The position numbers and the translations under genes are program-made. Of a stretch of 64,000 nucleotides of DNA, positions 35,301 to 42,774 are shown one piece after another. The stretch is from a virus. The first letter of the stretch is position 1; each line of letters starts with the position of its first letter. The notes below the pieces were generated by a model that saw nothing but the letters and a program-made list of their open reading frames with translations, had not been told where the DNA came from and did no database searches. The stretch covers positions 1 to 64,000 of the IMG/VR virus record IMGVR_UViG_3300013102_000030, one strand, 5' to 3'.

Positions 35301-38105
35301 AAGCAGGCAACTGACTGGGCTGACAAGAAGCCGGTTTCCTCTTCACGAGAGATCGCTAACATTCTCGGTGTTGAGAACAACCAGATTCACGAGGACGGTA
35401 CTGGTATTCCGCTCTCCAAGTCCAGTGTTGTTTTGGCTGTCAAGAAGACTGTCGGTTCCTTCCAGCTTAGTGATAAGGATGAGATCCTTCCGGAGCACGT
35501 TCCGGACTCATTTGAAATCGATGAGGCAGACAAGCCGAAGATTGTTGAGTTCGCAAACGCGTACTGGGATGACCTTTCCCGCGAGGATGGTGTGTTCCGC
35601 ATGGAGCACGACACCTACCGTAAGCACTGGGCGCTTTCACGTCCTGACCTCACGGATGGTACCGGTGGCAACAAGGCTGGCGCATCCGTGCTCTACATTG
35701 ACGAGGCTCAGGATACCCCTCCTGTCCTTGCCAAGGTAGTTGCAGACCAGAAGATGCAGAAGGTCATTGTCGGTGACCAGAATCAGGCCATCTACGCGTT
35801 CGCTGAGAACATCGACTACCTCTCTGAGGCAGACGGTGACGTTGAGCTTCCGCTTGACAAGTCATGGCGATTCGGTCCTCAGGTTGCTGACATTGGTAAC
35901 CGCTTCCTCCAGATGCTGGAATCTGACAGCCGTGTTGTCGGTGGTGGCCCTGAGTCCAGCATCGTCTACGGCATGGAGAACGCTGACGCTGTTCTTGTCC
36001 GCACCAACGCTGGTATGATTCAGGTCATCCTTGAAGAGACTGCTCGTGGCCGCAAGGTTGCTGCTCCTCCGGGAACTCGTGCAGATCTGATCCGCATGGC
36101 TGACACGGTCGAGAACCTGCGTGATGGCTGGGCCGGAGAGAATCCTCACGATGATCTCCTTGGGTTCAAGGACTGGAACGAAGTCATGGCAGCGAACGAA
36201 AACGGAGACCGTAGTGTTTCCAAGATCGTGAGCATGTTCGATGAGGGAAGTCCAACCAAGCGTGGAATGATCAAGGACTACCCTGCGTTCCTTGCTCAGC
36301 AGATGTCCAATGTCCGAAAGGCCATTGACAGCCTTGTCATGGAAGTTCCGGAATACCAGAACATCAAGCTTGTCAAGGAAGGTAACCGTACCTACCTTGA
36401 GGGTGCAGACCACCTGACCGGTAACAAGAAGCAGTTCGCGTCATACGACTTCAGCGCAGCCGTTGGTAAGATGAAGTACCCATACGCGGCCAAGCCGAGC
36501 ATGAACTTCATGGAGAAGAAGAAAGCCTACCACGAGGCAGGCGGACTCGGAACCGAAGGCTGGCGATTTGACTCTAGGTCAAAGCGCTACTACACTGATA
36601 GCCCAGAAGTAGCTGCTGGCATCGAGAAGTACTCGGGACAGGGAGACGTTATCGTTTCCACTGCCCACAAGTCCAAGGGTCTTGAATGGGACCGCGTCCG
36701 AATCAGTGATGACTTCCGTGCTCCTTACGAGGACAAGAACGGAGCCATGGTTTGGCCGGAGGATGACGAGTACAAGCTTGCCTACGTAGCCGTTACGCGT
36801 GCTGCCAAGGAACTTGATCCGGGTATTCTGGACTACGTTTTCGCTCACACACAGGAAAACGGTGGAGATCCCAAGAAGAAGCGTTCGATGGAAGATTCCA
36901 CTCCTGCTCCTGAGCAGGTTGAGGAAGAGAACCTTCCGAACAACGTTCCTGAAGAGGTTGCTGCTGAGGAAACAGACGTTCCTGAGGTTGAGGCTCCTGC
37001 CGAGATCCAAGAGAACCCTGAAGCCGATGTAGCTATTCCGGAAACGGAGCCGATGGGCCTCCCAGCCACAGACTACACGGAAGAGGAGTTTGCAAAGCTC
37101 CCTGTTGGAACTCGTATTCCAAGGGGACGCGGAGGCGAGCACCGCAAGGTTGGACCGAACGAATGGGAAAGCTACAACGAAGACGGTACCAAGCTCTCCG
37201 GAGGAACAAATACCGACTGGGTTATTCAGGCCAACGAAGAACTTCAGAAGCCTGCTCCAGTTGAGATTGATGCTCCAGAGATTCCGGAACAGGACGAACC
37301 TGTCATCACTCCGGATCTGGTTGACGCTCCTGAGCCTGTCTCAGAGCCTGATCCTGTACCTGTAGCTCCGGCTCCTGCTCCAACGCCTCCACCGGCTCCT
37401 GAGTTTGACGACGAAGGTCTGACTCCTCAGGAACGCCGCAGGGCTGATGAGCTTGAGCGCTGGATCGCTGAGGTCTACAAGGGCAACGCCCAAGGCAACG
37501 TGACGGCCATGGAGAACGAATTGTTCGACATGCTGGAGCGTGGCGAGAAGCGTATGAATCCGGCTCCTGAGCCTCCTACAGCGGCTCCACCGGCTAGGGA
37601 GACCACGACAACGCCTAAGGGACGCGCACCACGAGGTACGTACACCGATCAGCCTCTGATGGACTCCAGCGGTAAGCAGATCCAGATGGGTGACATGATT
37701 GGACACCCAAGGCTGGGACCGGTAGCAGTGACTGGTTTTGTTCCGCACTCCGGACGTAATACCTTCATTGATCCGGTAACAGGCAAGGAAGCGTCAGTCA
37801 AGGCGGCTAACGTCAAGATCGTCAATGACGTTCCGGACGAAGATATCACCGATATTGTTGGACAGCCCGGAGAGCGCTTCCAAGACCCGGCAACGGGTAA
37901 GAAAGCGTTCTACAACGGAGATGGACAGCCTATCGTGACCGGCCAGCGTGTCGTTGATCCTCGTACAGGACGTACAGGTGTTGTTGTCAGCGTCTATCCG
38001 GGCGCAGACGGCCTAGCCTCTGTCCCGGTTCAATGGGACGACGCTCCTAAGCCTGCCAAGCCAACCCGTGTCAAGGGTATCCTCTTGAAGCTGGCTGGTG
38101 TATAA
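29355..38105 (+). CDS. giant polyvalent head-associated protein: ART-like domain, VIP2-like ADP-ribosyltransferase, UvrD/Rep-like SF1 helicase
   Basis: LYHG..GFYLT; LYRG-FLSTS-REAE; AGTGKT, DEAQD, GDQNQAIY, SWRFG, STAHKSKGLEW, YVAVTRA. Confidence 0.85.
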   Translation: MAWNISTAKRRALVKLQLRDKNGRWIEMGGGVKWYSSRLKKVVSGTVVGTQGENALVRLPKENPTHEPALVSVPARSIAVVDAKTRISIPGKNAPADATPEFEKPEAVGKLSKPANGFVKPNDRPEDWKISQTDDGRTYISRPDGADLYFPARSLDIGDEIIAPEGAEASKPFSIGKSWGRKKAEAVSTTGPKMGTVIDINGDRYAVVQLADGVVVDDPKRPGEKTNKVTVGLSNSVIKATDGLKQALGGVFDDEGFNENDGGDDQEVDSSEEANSDHAGREVPEEDTNPEDDPAADVEVDIAEATKAAEPGTDNEEDAPIREEEDPEAKAAAEADLARRVAEHEAKRKELGDQYDENGLTADEAKMVSAYDRLAAGASDPDRAANYFDKAEALRETGKKRLGESNDKSEKPADKPKEAPQTAPEPEQERQSDSNDLEAPKEKSEAEKRYDKITDEIRSIKFPGEDQEPDLNDPRLKAAESADDNAVDSEREGIKPNTDEWYDMWTSTYHSALEDNKAEQDAKSRQQEQDQAVEEDAYAAAYHKPALLSITTRGNTRGEMEYFDEVARESEIDQGYHMEGNKFIVTDLDKAQKAIDNIIDVWNDKQESAQKGGYSAETPAKVRSVLAGLEKLDAQVREAKRNKEKHASRFDGNYDITADRRLGKVRPGAEDSDYAVDRTSDELVKAMPIGGTLTVHDPDNFYSGIPVVKIDDNTWARQKGVASREWDFFDDFDMSDDLLTGVKLPDNPKNDFTEKDLNDARRAKERKDRDDKAFNDNWNAHQEKLKAERDAEQAPAKEEPAKKEQAPLTEGDQFELPLPGVQKQGKREDKSAAHKKTLDGLEEGDRVSYTNAHDETSTYQKHADGTWDLLDPEDEWEDQSPLEEALTSDEVAARTKRGDLEVATVADREEADREENYKRRLRGDDYMKSNPDPVRRKNNGDEGKSQTQQQAQDANSADQPWSADEIQGTMRDWFDFAQAVKNGDNRAIETMANNKRTGDEETDIIVNDKGQPFDLTLTYNDDGDPVVRLSNFDDSKDIYGDFEIDNSVMPKQLATLIHESINADDPHAAVAERNGSNDPVDDPSVGQSYEVSSHIGEGKNYLAKAIEDHGDSGIVINGTTADVTDLDKAQDFLRDAVLDIQGKISDPSARKNSKIELNKAQRNLNKILADVNAKQFQRDGVTRPPKWMRDKQDSTPAKSEDAPAPEAEAPKAPEAAKTNVPLADLEKQAKADGDTVLYHGGLPDGTTLDDIDLNRNGEQQNKRGRSFGGFYLTDESSKSWSDDYAMKRNGVMHGFVIDKNARIDDRGKAQIDRLSAEDRAEAAKTADVIKGKDLLGRTQYVLLNKDVIKGVGETNMKDDKSSEDSAPEANAPEAPSAPEADVTPEESAPEADAPAPVDIVDHLNQNAVLGDDAERRAAGLYLGGARYNSVLRDAAENGKEVHPQFQDQIDTLTGFIEKQPEFGQETKLYRGMSQKFLPDAENRVGDVITEPAFLSTSLKRDQAELFSGVGGGVLMEITARPQDKGLSVNIAQMHDQSDIPEEYRAPNDVTAREAEILMKPGTSMRITGVDEVNGTKVVRAEIVDAPSDKVDAEIIPEEAELPEAEVDTPAVDAPEDSINSRGLTDAEEEEWNQAEIDADVEARAGDPDGVQMYKDKADAILQRGQDRLNGVDSTEDSSAPEEPAVYTEGGPGRVPSLKETIKAIRESGVESVHIPLSDAPKKDWTPDELEAKFDRDEKNGLGNLQFDALPDEYKRYKDSSAPADPINLPEEAAPEASAPETAPEGPAPTPEQQAKLDEYDRQMDAAVEADDDAAYDKASDAKYDLIDAIRNGSASNENSDSVSDMETESEPWVNPLDALGIERRTPEAIEGEKYPPTQQQQDVIDAVLAGLDTKVQAMAGTGKTSTLVALSRRLTKEGKSAIYIAFNKTVQEEAEERMKGLKVEAKTGHGTAHTWARTNMPHLTTRLAGKDPMYPIKFDKKTKQATDWADKKPVSSSREIANILGVENNQIHEDGTGIPLSKSSVVLAVKKTVGSFQLSDKDEILPEHVPDSFEIDEADKPKIVEFANAYWDDLSREDGVFRMEHDTYRKHWALSRPDLTDGTGGNKAGASVLYIDEAQDTPPVLAKVVADQKMQKVIVGDQNQAIYAFAENIDYLSEADGDVELPLDKSWRFGPQVADIGNRFLQMLESDSRVVGGGPESSIVYGMENADAVLVRTNAGMIQVILEETARGRKVAAPPGTRADLIRMADTVENLRDGWAGENPHDDLLGFKDWNEVMAANENGDRSVSKIVSMFDEGSPTKRGMIKDYPAFLAQQMSNVRKAIDSLVMEVPEYQNIKLVKEGNRTYLEGADHLTGNKKQFASYDFSAAVGKMKYPYAAKPSMNFMEKKKAYHEAGGLGTEGWRFDSRSKRYYTDSPEVAAGIEKYSGQGDVIVSTAHKSKGLEWDRVRISDDFRAPYEDKNGAMVWPEDDEYKLAYVAVTRAAKELDPGILDYVFAHTQENGGDPKKKRSMEDSTPAPEQVEEENLPNNVPEEVAAEETDVPEVEAPAEIQENPEADVAIPETEPMGLPATDYTEEEFAKLPVGTRIPRGRGGEHRKVGPNEWESYNEDGTKLSGGTNTDWVIQANEELQKPAPVEIDAPEIPEQDEPVITPDLVDAPEPVSEPDPVPVAPAPAPTPPPAPEFDDEGLTPQERRRADELERWIAEVYKGNAQGNVTAMENELFDMLERGEKRMNPAPEPPTAAPPARETTTTPKGRAPRGTYTDQPLMDSSGKQIQMGDMIGHPRLGPVAVTGFVPHSGRNTFIDPVTGKEASVKAANVKIVNDVPDEDITDIVGQPGERFQDPATGKKAFYNGDGQPIVTGQRVVDPRTGRTGVVVSVYPGADGLASVPVQWDDAPKPAKPTRVKGILLKLAGV

Positions 38106-38425
38106 TGACCGCAAACTACATAGAAGGGGAATCGATGGAAGAGAACGTTGATGTTGAAGACGGTCTCGGTGATGAAGTTGAGTTCGGACTAGTTCTGGAC
38201 AAAGACGACAAAGCCTTGATGCTGATCAGGACGGATTTTGAGGAGGGGGCCATGTATTACCGGTCTTCCAACTCATGGGTCCAGATTACACCAGACGATG
38301 AGATTCCGCTACTTGATGACTATCCTCTTACGAGGGTGTCAGGAGAAGCGGTCGAGATCTGGGATGCTCATGGAGATCGAACCAAAAATGAGTTCGCTGA
38401 TGTCCTAATGGACGACGTGGACTAA
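38105..38425 (+). CDS. acidic hypothetical protein
   Basis: TAATG coupling (alternative start 38135). Confidence 0.7.
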   Translation: MTANYIEGESMEENVDVEDGLGDEVEFGLVLDKDDKALMLIRTDFEEGAMYYRSSNSWVQITPDDEIPLLDDYPLTRVSGEAVEIWDAHGDRTKNEFADVLMDDVD

Positions 38426-38433
38426 CCTAACAC

Positions 38434-38468
38434 GAGAAGCCCGTGATGTCAATCATCACGGGCTTCTC
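38434..38468 (+). terminator. Hairpin terminator
   Basis: GAGAAGCCCGTGATG..CATCACGGGCTTCTC. Confidence 0.75.
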
Positions 38469-38530
38469 TCATGGTATACTTGTAGCTAACTGTAAAATTT
38501 TGTAGGGGTCTGGAGTTCCAACACTCCCGC

Positions 38531-41032
38531 ATGACCTATCCTTGGAAGGCGAACACTTTGGCAAACGACTACCACTGGAGAAGCACCAAAGCCAAGAAGC
38601 AACTCAGAGACCGATTTGGACGCTGGATCTCCCTTGGAGCCAAAGTCCGTTACCGTGGAGACGGTGCAGAGCAGTCAGGTACTGTTACCAGTGTTGTAGA
38701 TGGTAAAGCGTACATCGACCAGAAGAACCGTGACGGATCTGTCACGCAGAAGATTCTTCCTGCAAGCGCCATCCGTGTTCTTGCTTCTAAGGCTACGCTT
38801 CCCCCTGACGGCAAGCGCATCAAGGCCGACAAGTTCTCTAAGGCTCTCAATTCTGATGACTTCAAGTCCATCATGGAAGAGCACGGAGAAGCTGTAATCG
38901 AGCGCAAGGACGGCTATTCTCTTGCCGCGTCCTACGAGTCCAACGAATTCGAAGACGAAGCACAGGGCACGGACAATCAGGTCAAAGACGGCTCAGAGCC
39001 AACCCAAGAGGAAGAGCGCTCACGTAAGCCTTCCAGCCCTGTTGTCTACCAGCTTTTCGCTCCCGCAGGCCGCAGCCTTGGTCTCTACGGTGAGGACGCT
39101 AAGGATGACTTTGACCAGATGGCCGATGAGGAGATCTTTGGTGACGCTAAGCGTGCCGATGCTCCTGTTCCGGGAACTGGTCCTGCTCCGGGTGCCGGAG
39201 GTCAGGAAGCTGAGACCGCTCCTGTCGTGACCGCATCGGGTGAGCAGAAGCCTTACCGTGTTCCTGAGGCTGTCAAGGCTGAGATCCAGAGCACACTAAA
39301 CTCCCACGACTGGGCCTTTGCCGTCGATGAGCTTCAGGTTGCAACCCGTCTGGCAAATGACGATACTGTATCGTTGGAAGACGTAAAGTGGGTTCACCAG
39401 TTCTTTGCTGACCGCTCTATCGATGAGCGTATCCGTGGTGGATTCAAGGGCCGCAAGTGGGCTTCAAAGATCGTAGAAGAGCCTTCCGCAGAGTTCTCCA
39501 TCCGCGAGGATGCAGATCTGGGACACCCTAAGTACACCTTTGATGACGATGTCATGGCATACTTTGCTGTCGGCAGGGATTCAGGATCTACCCTAGTTCA
39601 CAGCATGCTTGCTGTAGACTATGAGACCGGAATCGTATACTCTTGGAGTGACGAAGGCTTTGCTGTTGTCGAAGGTCTTGACATTCAGGATGTCGATGAG
39701 CCACAGCTTATCCCCATCGATGAGATGACCGCAGATTCCTTTGCTAAGTGGATCGACTGCAAGACTGGTGAAGACTTTGACATTCTGGACACAGATCCGG
39801 AAGAGCGCAACCTGTTCACGCTGGCTGATTCTGAGATAGACTATGAAGAACTTGACCGTACTTTCAGCATCATTGCTGCCGGTCAGGTTGGTGACGGTGA
39901 ATATACACCTGTTGAGCGTTCTCAGAACGCCAAGCAGCAGCGTCGTGGAGCCGGTGGAAAGTTTGGTGAGACTCCGGACCAGCCTGAAGCTCCAGCACAG
40001 GAAGCCGCTGTCAAGAAGGCACGCCTTCCAGTCGCACTTCCGCTGGTTCCGAATCCTGCTGCACGTATCGCGGAGTGGCTAGCCACTGCTGCTGAAGCAC
40101 CTGTCGTAGCGGCTGCTGAGCCTGTAGCGCCCGTAGAAGAGCCGACAGCAGACAGCCCTAACCCAGAGTACACTGAGGAAGATCAGGCCGTTGAGGACGC
40201 TGCTACAGGTCCAACAGATGAGGCTCTGTACTTCGCTATCGTTGACGAGGTTGACAAGTCAGCCGTCATGGATGCTATCGCCATCGTCAAGGTTCAGGGA
40301 GCACCTTCCGCGTACATCCGTTCTCAGATGACATGGCAGGCCAGCCCTGACACTCTCACGATCCTTCAGGGAGCTACACCGCCTCCTGTGGTTGAGCTTG
40401 ACGTACCCGAACCTGTCAAGACCGTTCTGTCACAGATTGACGCTCACGATCAGGGCAAGGATACCACTCCAGCACCTACTGCTGAAGAGGCTCCACAGGC
40501 GGGTGAGGTCCCAATTGCGGCTTCCGGATACTCTCTGGCTGATGGCTCATATGCTATTATTGATACACTATCACTAAGAGATGCTGTTGTAGCCGCTGGT
40601 GCCGCTCCCGACATCCTTGTCAAGGCCCACATCCGTAAGCGTGCCCGTGCTCTGAACCGTATGGACCTAGTTCCTGCCGACTGGAGGCAGTTCACTCTTG
40701 CCGAAATTGGAGAGATCTCCGCTGCTGAGACTGTCTACGGTGAGTTTGGTGAGATCATTGTCGCATCCGGTGTTCCCGGAATTGCCGACACTCCATCTGA
40801 CTTCAAGAACGTTGCCAAGCTCAAGGCTTACTGGAAGCACGGCAAGGGAGCGCTCAAGATCCGCTGGGGAACTCCGGGAGACCTGACACGCGCCCACAGG
40901 CACCTGTCTAAGTACGTCGGACCACAGAGGGCATGGGGACTCGCTCAGCGCCTGCACCAAGAACTTTTTGGAGTGAGCAACATTACTCACGACCGCGCAA
41001 CAGGGCAGTACGTCCCGAGAAGAAAGAAATAA
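38531..41032 (+). CDS. multidomain head-associated (minor capsid/morphogenesis) protein
   Basis: QLRDRFGRW N-terminus; HIRKRARAL..P.DW and YW..G.GA.KIRWGTPGD modules typical of actinophage head loci. Confidence 0.7.
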   Translation: MTYPWKANTLANDYHWRSTKAKKQLRDRFGRWISLGAKVRYRGDGAEQSGTVTSVVDGKAYIDQKNRDGSVTQKILPASAIRVLASKATLPPDGKRIKADKFSKALNSDDFKSIMEEHGEAVIERKDGYSLAASYESNEFEDEAQGTDNQVKDGSEPTQEEERSRKPSSPVVYQLFAPAGRSLGLYGEDAKDDFDQMADEEIFGDAKRADAPVPGTGPAPGAGGQEAETAPVVTASGEQKPYRVPEAVKAEIQSTLNSHDWAFAVDELQVATRLANDDTVSLEDVKWVHQFFADRSIDERIRGGFKGRKWASKIVEEPSAEFSIREDADLGHPKYTFDDDVMAYFAVGRDSGSTLVHSMLAVDYETGIVYSWSDEGFAVVEGLDIQDVDEPQLIPIDEMTADSFAKWIDCKTGEDFDILDTDPEERNLFTLADSEIDYEELDRTFSIIAAGQVGDGEYTPVERSQNAKQQRRGAGGKFGETPDQPEAPAQEAAVKKARLPVALPLVPNPAARIAEWLATAAEAPVVAAAEPVAPVEEPTADSPNPEYTEEDQAVEDAATGPTDEALYFAIVDEVDKSAVMDAIAIVKVQGAPSAYIRSQMTWQASPDTLTILQGATPPPVVELDVPEPVKTVLSQIDAHDQGKDTTPAPTAEEAPQAGEVPIAASGYSLADGSYAIIDTLSLRDAVVAAGAAPDILVKAHIRKRARALNRMDLVPADWRQFTLAEIGEISAAETVYGEFGEIIVASGVPGIADTPSDFKNVAKLKAYWKHGKGALKIRWGTPGDLTRAHRHLSKYVGPQRAWGLAQRLHQELFGVSNITHDRATGQYVPRRKK

Positions 41033-41035
41033 GCC

Positions 41036-42565
41036 GTGAAGATTATGCCTAAGCTTGATGAAGATCTCATCAAGTCCCTAGATTATTCGGAAGCCATGGT
41101 GGCATCAGCAGCAGCGTCTGCACGCCTCCTAGCGGAAGAAGAGGGAACCGAGTTCGGTCCTCTCAATGTTTCCGCTGTTGAGTCATCTGGCTCTCGCTTC
41201 ATTATCCCTCTCGCTGTGCCTGAAGAGCTTGCCTCAGGTGATGAACGTTCCTTCAAGAAGAACTCTATCACAACCCGTGAGCTTCCGCTACCCCTGATGT
41301 GGCAGATCAAGACCGGAAACGGTCACGATGGCTCTGTAGTTGTTGGACGCATTGATTCGGTCGAGCGTCTTGACAACGGACTGGGAAATGTGCGTGGTGT
41401 CTTTGATGTCGGTCCCTTTGGCCGTGAAGCTGAGCGCATGGTTCGTGGAGGATTCCTCAGGGGAGTCTCCGTTGACCTTGACAAGTTTGAAGCTGAGGTA
41501 GAAGAGCAAGTCTTTGATACCAAAGAAGAGGCTGAAAAGGCCGCAAAGAAGAACTCCATCAAGAATGAAAAGATCGTAGTCGAATCTGCACGACTGATGG
41601 GTATCACTATCGTACCAAAACCAGCATTTCAGGAGTGCTTTATCATGATTGAAGAAGAGCCATCTCTGGATTTCGAAGAGGCACCCCTGCCTGAAGGAAT
41701 CTACGAGGAGACACCGGAAGACTTTGAGTACCAGTTGGCTGCTCTAGCCGCTTCCGCAGCACCTATCGTACCACCTAAGGCTTGGTTCAAAGATCCCGGC
41801 CTGACACAGGCTACACCACTCACCATCACAGATGAGGGCAAGGTATTCGGACACATTGCATCGTGGACGACTTCCCACATCGGTATGGGCCGTGGTGTCA
41901 AGCCTCCTCGCTCAGCATCCAAGTACGCATACTTCCGCACAGGAGAGCTTCGCACGGATGAAGGTGACATTCAGGTTGGACAGCTAACTCTAGCCGGTGG
42001 ACACGCTTCCCTGCAAGCTTCCGCTGAAGAAGCAGTCAAGCACTACGATGACACAGCATCTGCCGTTGCAGACGTTATCGCTGGTGAAGACGCGTTTGGT
42101 ATCTGGGTAGCTGGAGCGCTCCGTCCCGATGTTACACCATCTCAGATTCGTGCGTTCCGTGCATCATCCCCATCAGGTGACTGGAGGCCCATCAATGGCC
42201 GTCTGGAGCTTGTTGCTGTATGTCAGGTAAACGTACCCGGATTCCCGATTGCACGCGCTATCACAGCCTCAGGAGGCGTTCCCGGAGCACTTGTTGCTGC
42301 CGGTGCAGCGTATCTTGCTGAGCTTCGTGAGAGCACAAAGATTGAAGATCTGGAAAGCCGCATCAACAAGATTGAAAACTCAACACTTTCTGCCGACGTT
42401 GCTGCTGTTCGTAACCGTATGTCTGCTGTACTGGCTTCCCGTGATGCTGAACTAGCATCCAAGGCTGAAGCTGCACGTCAGCGTATGGCTGCATTTACAC
42501 AGAAGAAGGCCGAGACTGAGCTATCCGCCAAGGTGGAAGCTCTTCGCGCTCGCTTCAACCGATAA
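41036..42565 (+). CDS. capsid maturation (prohead) protease
   Basis: PLPLMWQ...GHDG.VVVGRI; RGVSVD; SGDWR; VNVPGFP. Confidence 0.85.
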   Translation: MKIMPKLDEDLIKSLDYSEAMVASAAASARLLAEEEGTEFGPLNVSAVESSGSRFIIPLAVPEELASGDERSFKKNSITTRELPLPLMWQIKTGNGHDGSVVVGRIDSVERLDNGLGNVRGVFDVGPFGREAERMVRGGFLRGVSVDLDKFEAEVEEQVFDTKEEAEKAAKKNSIKNEKIVVESARLMGITIVPKPAFQECFIMIEEEPSLDFEEAPLPEGIYEETPEDFEYQLAALAASAAPIVPPKAWFKDPGLTQATPLTITDEGKVFGHIASWTTSHIGMGRGVKPPRSASKYAYFRTGELRTDEGDIQVGQLTLAGGHASLQASAEEAVKHYDDTASAVADVIAGEDAFGIWVAGALRPDVTPSQIRAFRASSPSGDWRPINGRLELVAVCQVNVPGFPIARAITASGGVPGALVAAGAAYLAELRESTKIEDLESRINKIENSTLSADVAAVRNRMSAVLASRDAELASKAEAARQRMAAFTQKKAETELSAKVEALRARFNR

Positions 42566-42569
42566 GGTC

Positions 42570-42596
42570 AGAGGCCCCTCTCCGGAGGGGCCTTTT
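42570..42596 (+). terminator. Intrinsic terminator
   Basis: AGGCCCCTC-TCCG-GAGGGGCCT TTT. Confidence 0.8.
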
Positions 42597-42774
42597 GCCG
42601 TCTATCACAAGCATGACTGCTTGTCAAACTTTTTACGCACATGCCTAAAAATCGTGATACAATAGAGTCATACTTTTAAAGCTTGGTCATATAGATGGCT
42701 GACCTTCTGCCGCAGGACTAATTATTTCGCTGAACCGCTCTGGTTCACCCTAATCATAAACAAAGGAGGGACTT

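Noticed and set aside
29355-38105. Intein or virion RNA polymerase in the giant protein
   Set aside because: No intein splice or LAGLIDADG motifs and no DxDGD or T7-type polymerase motifs recognised.
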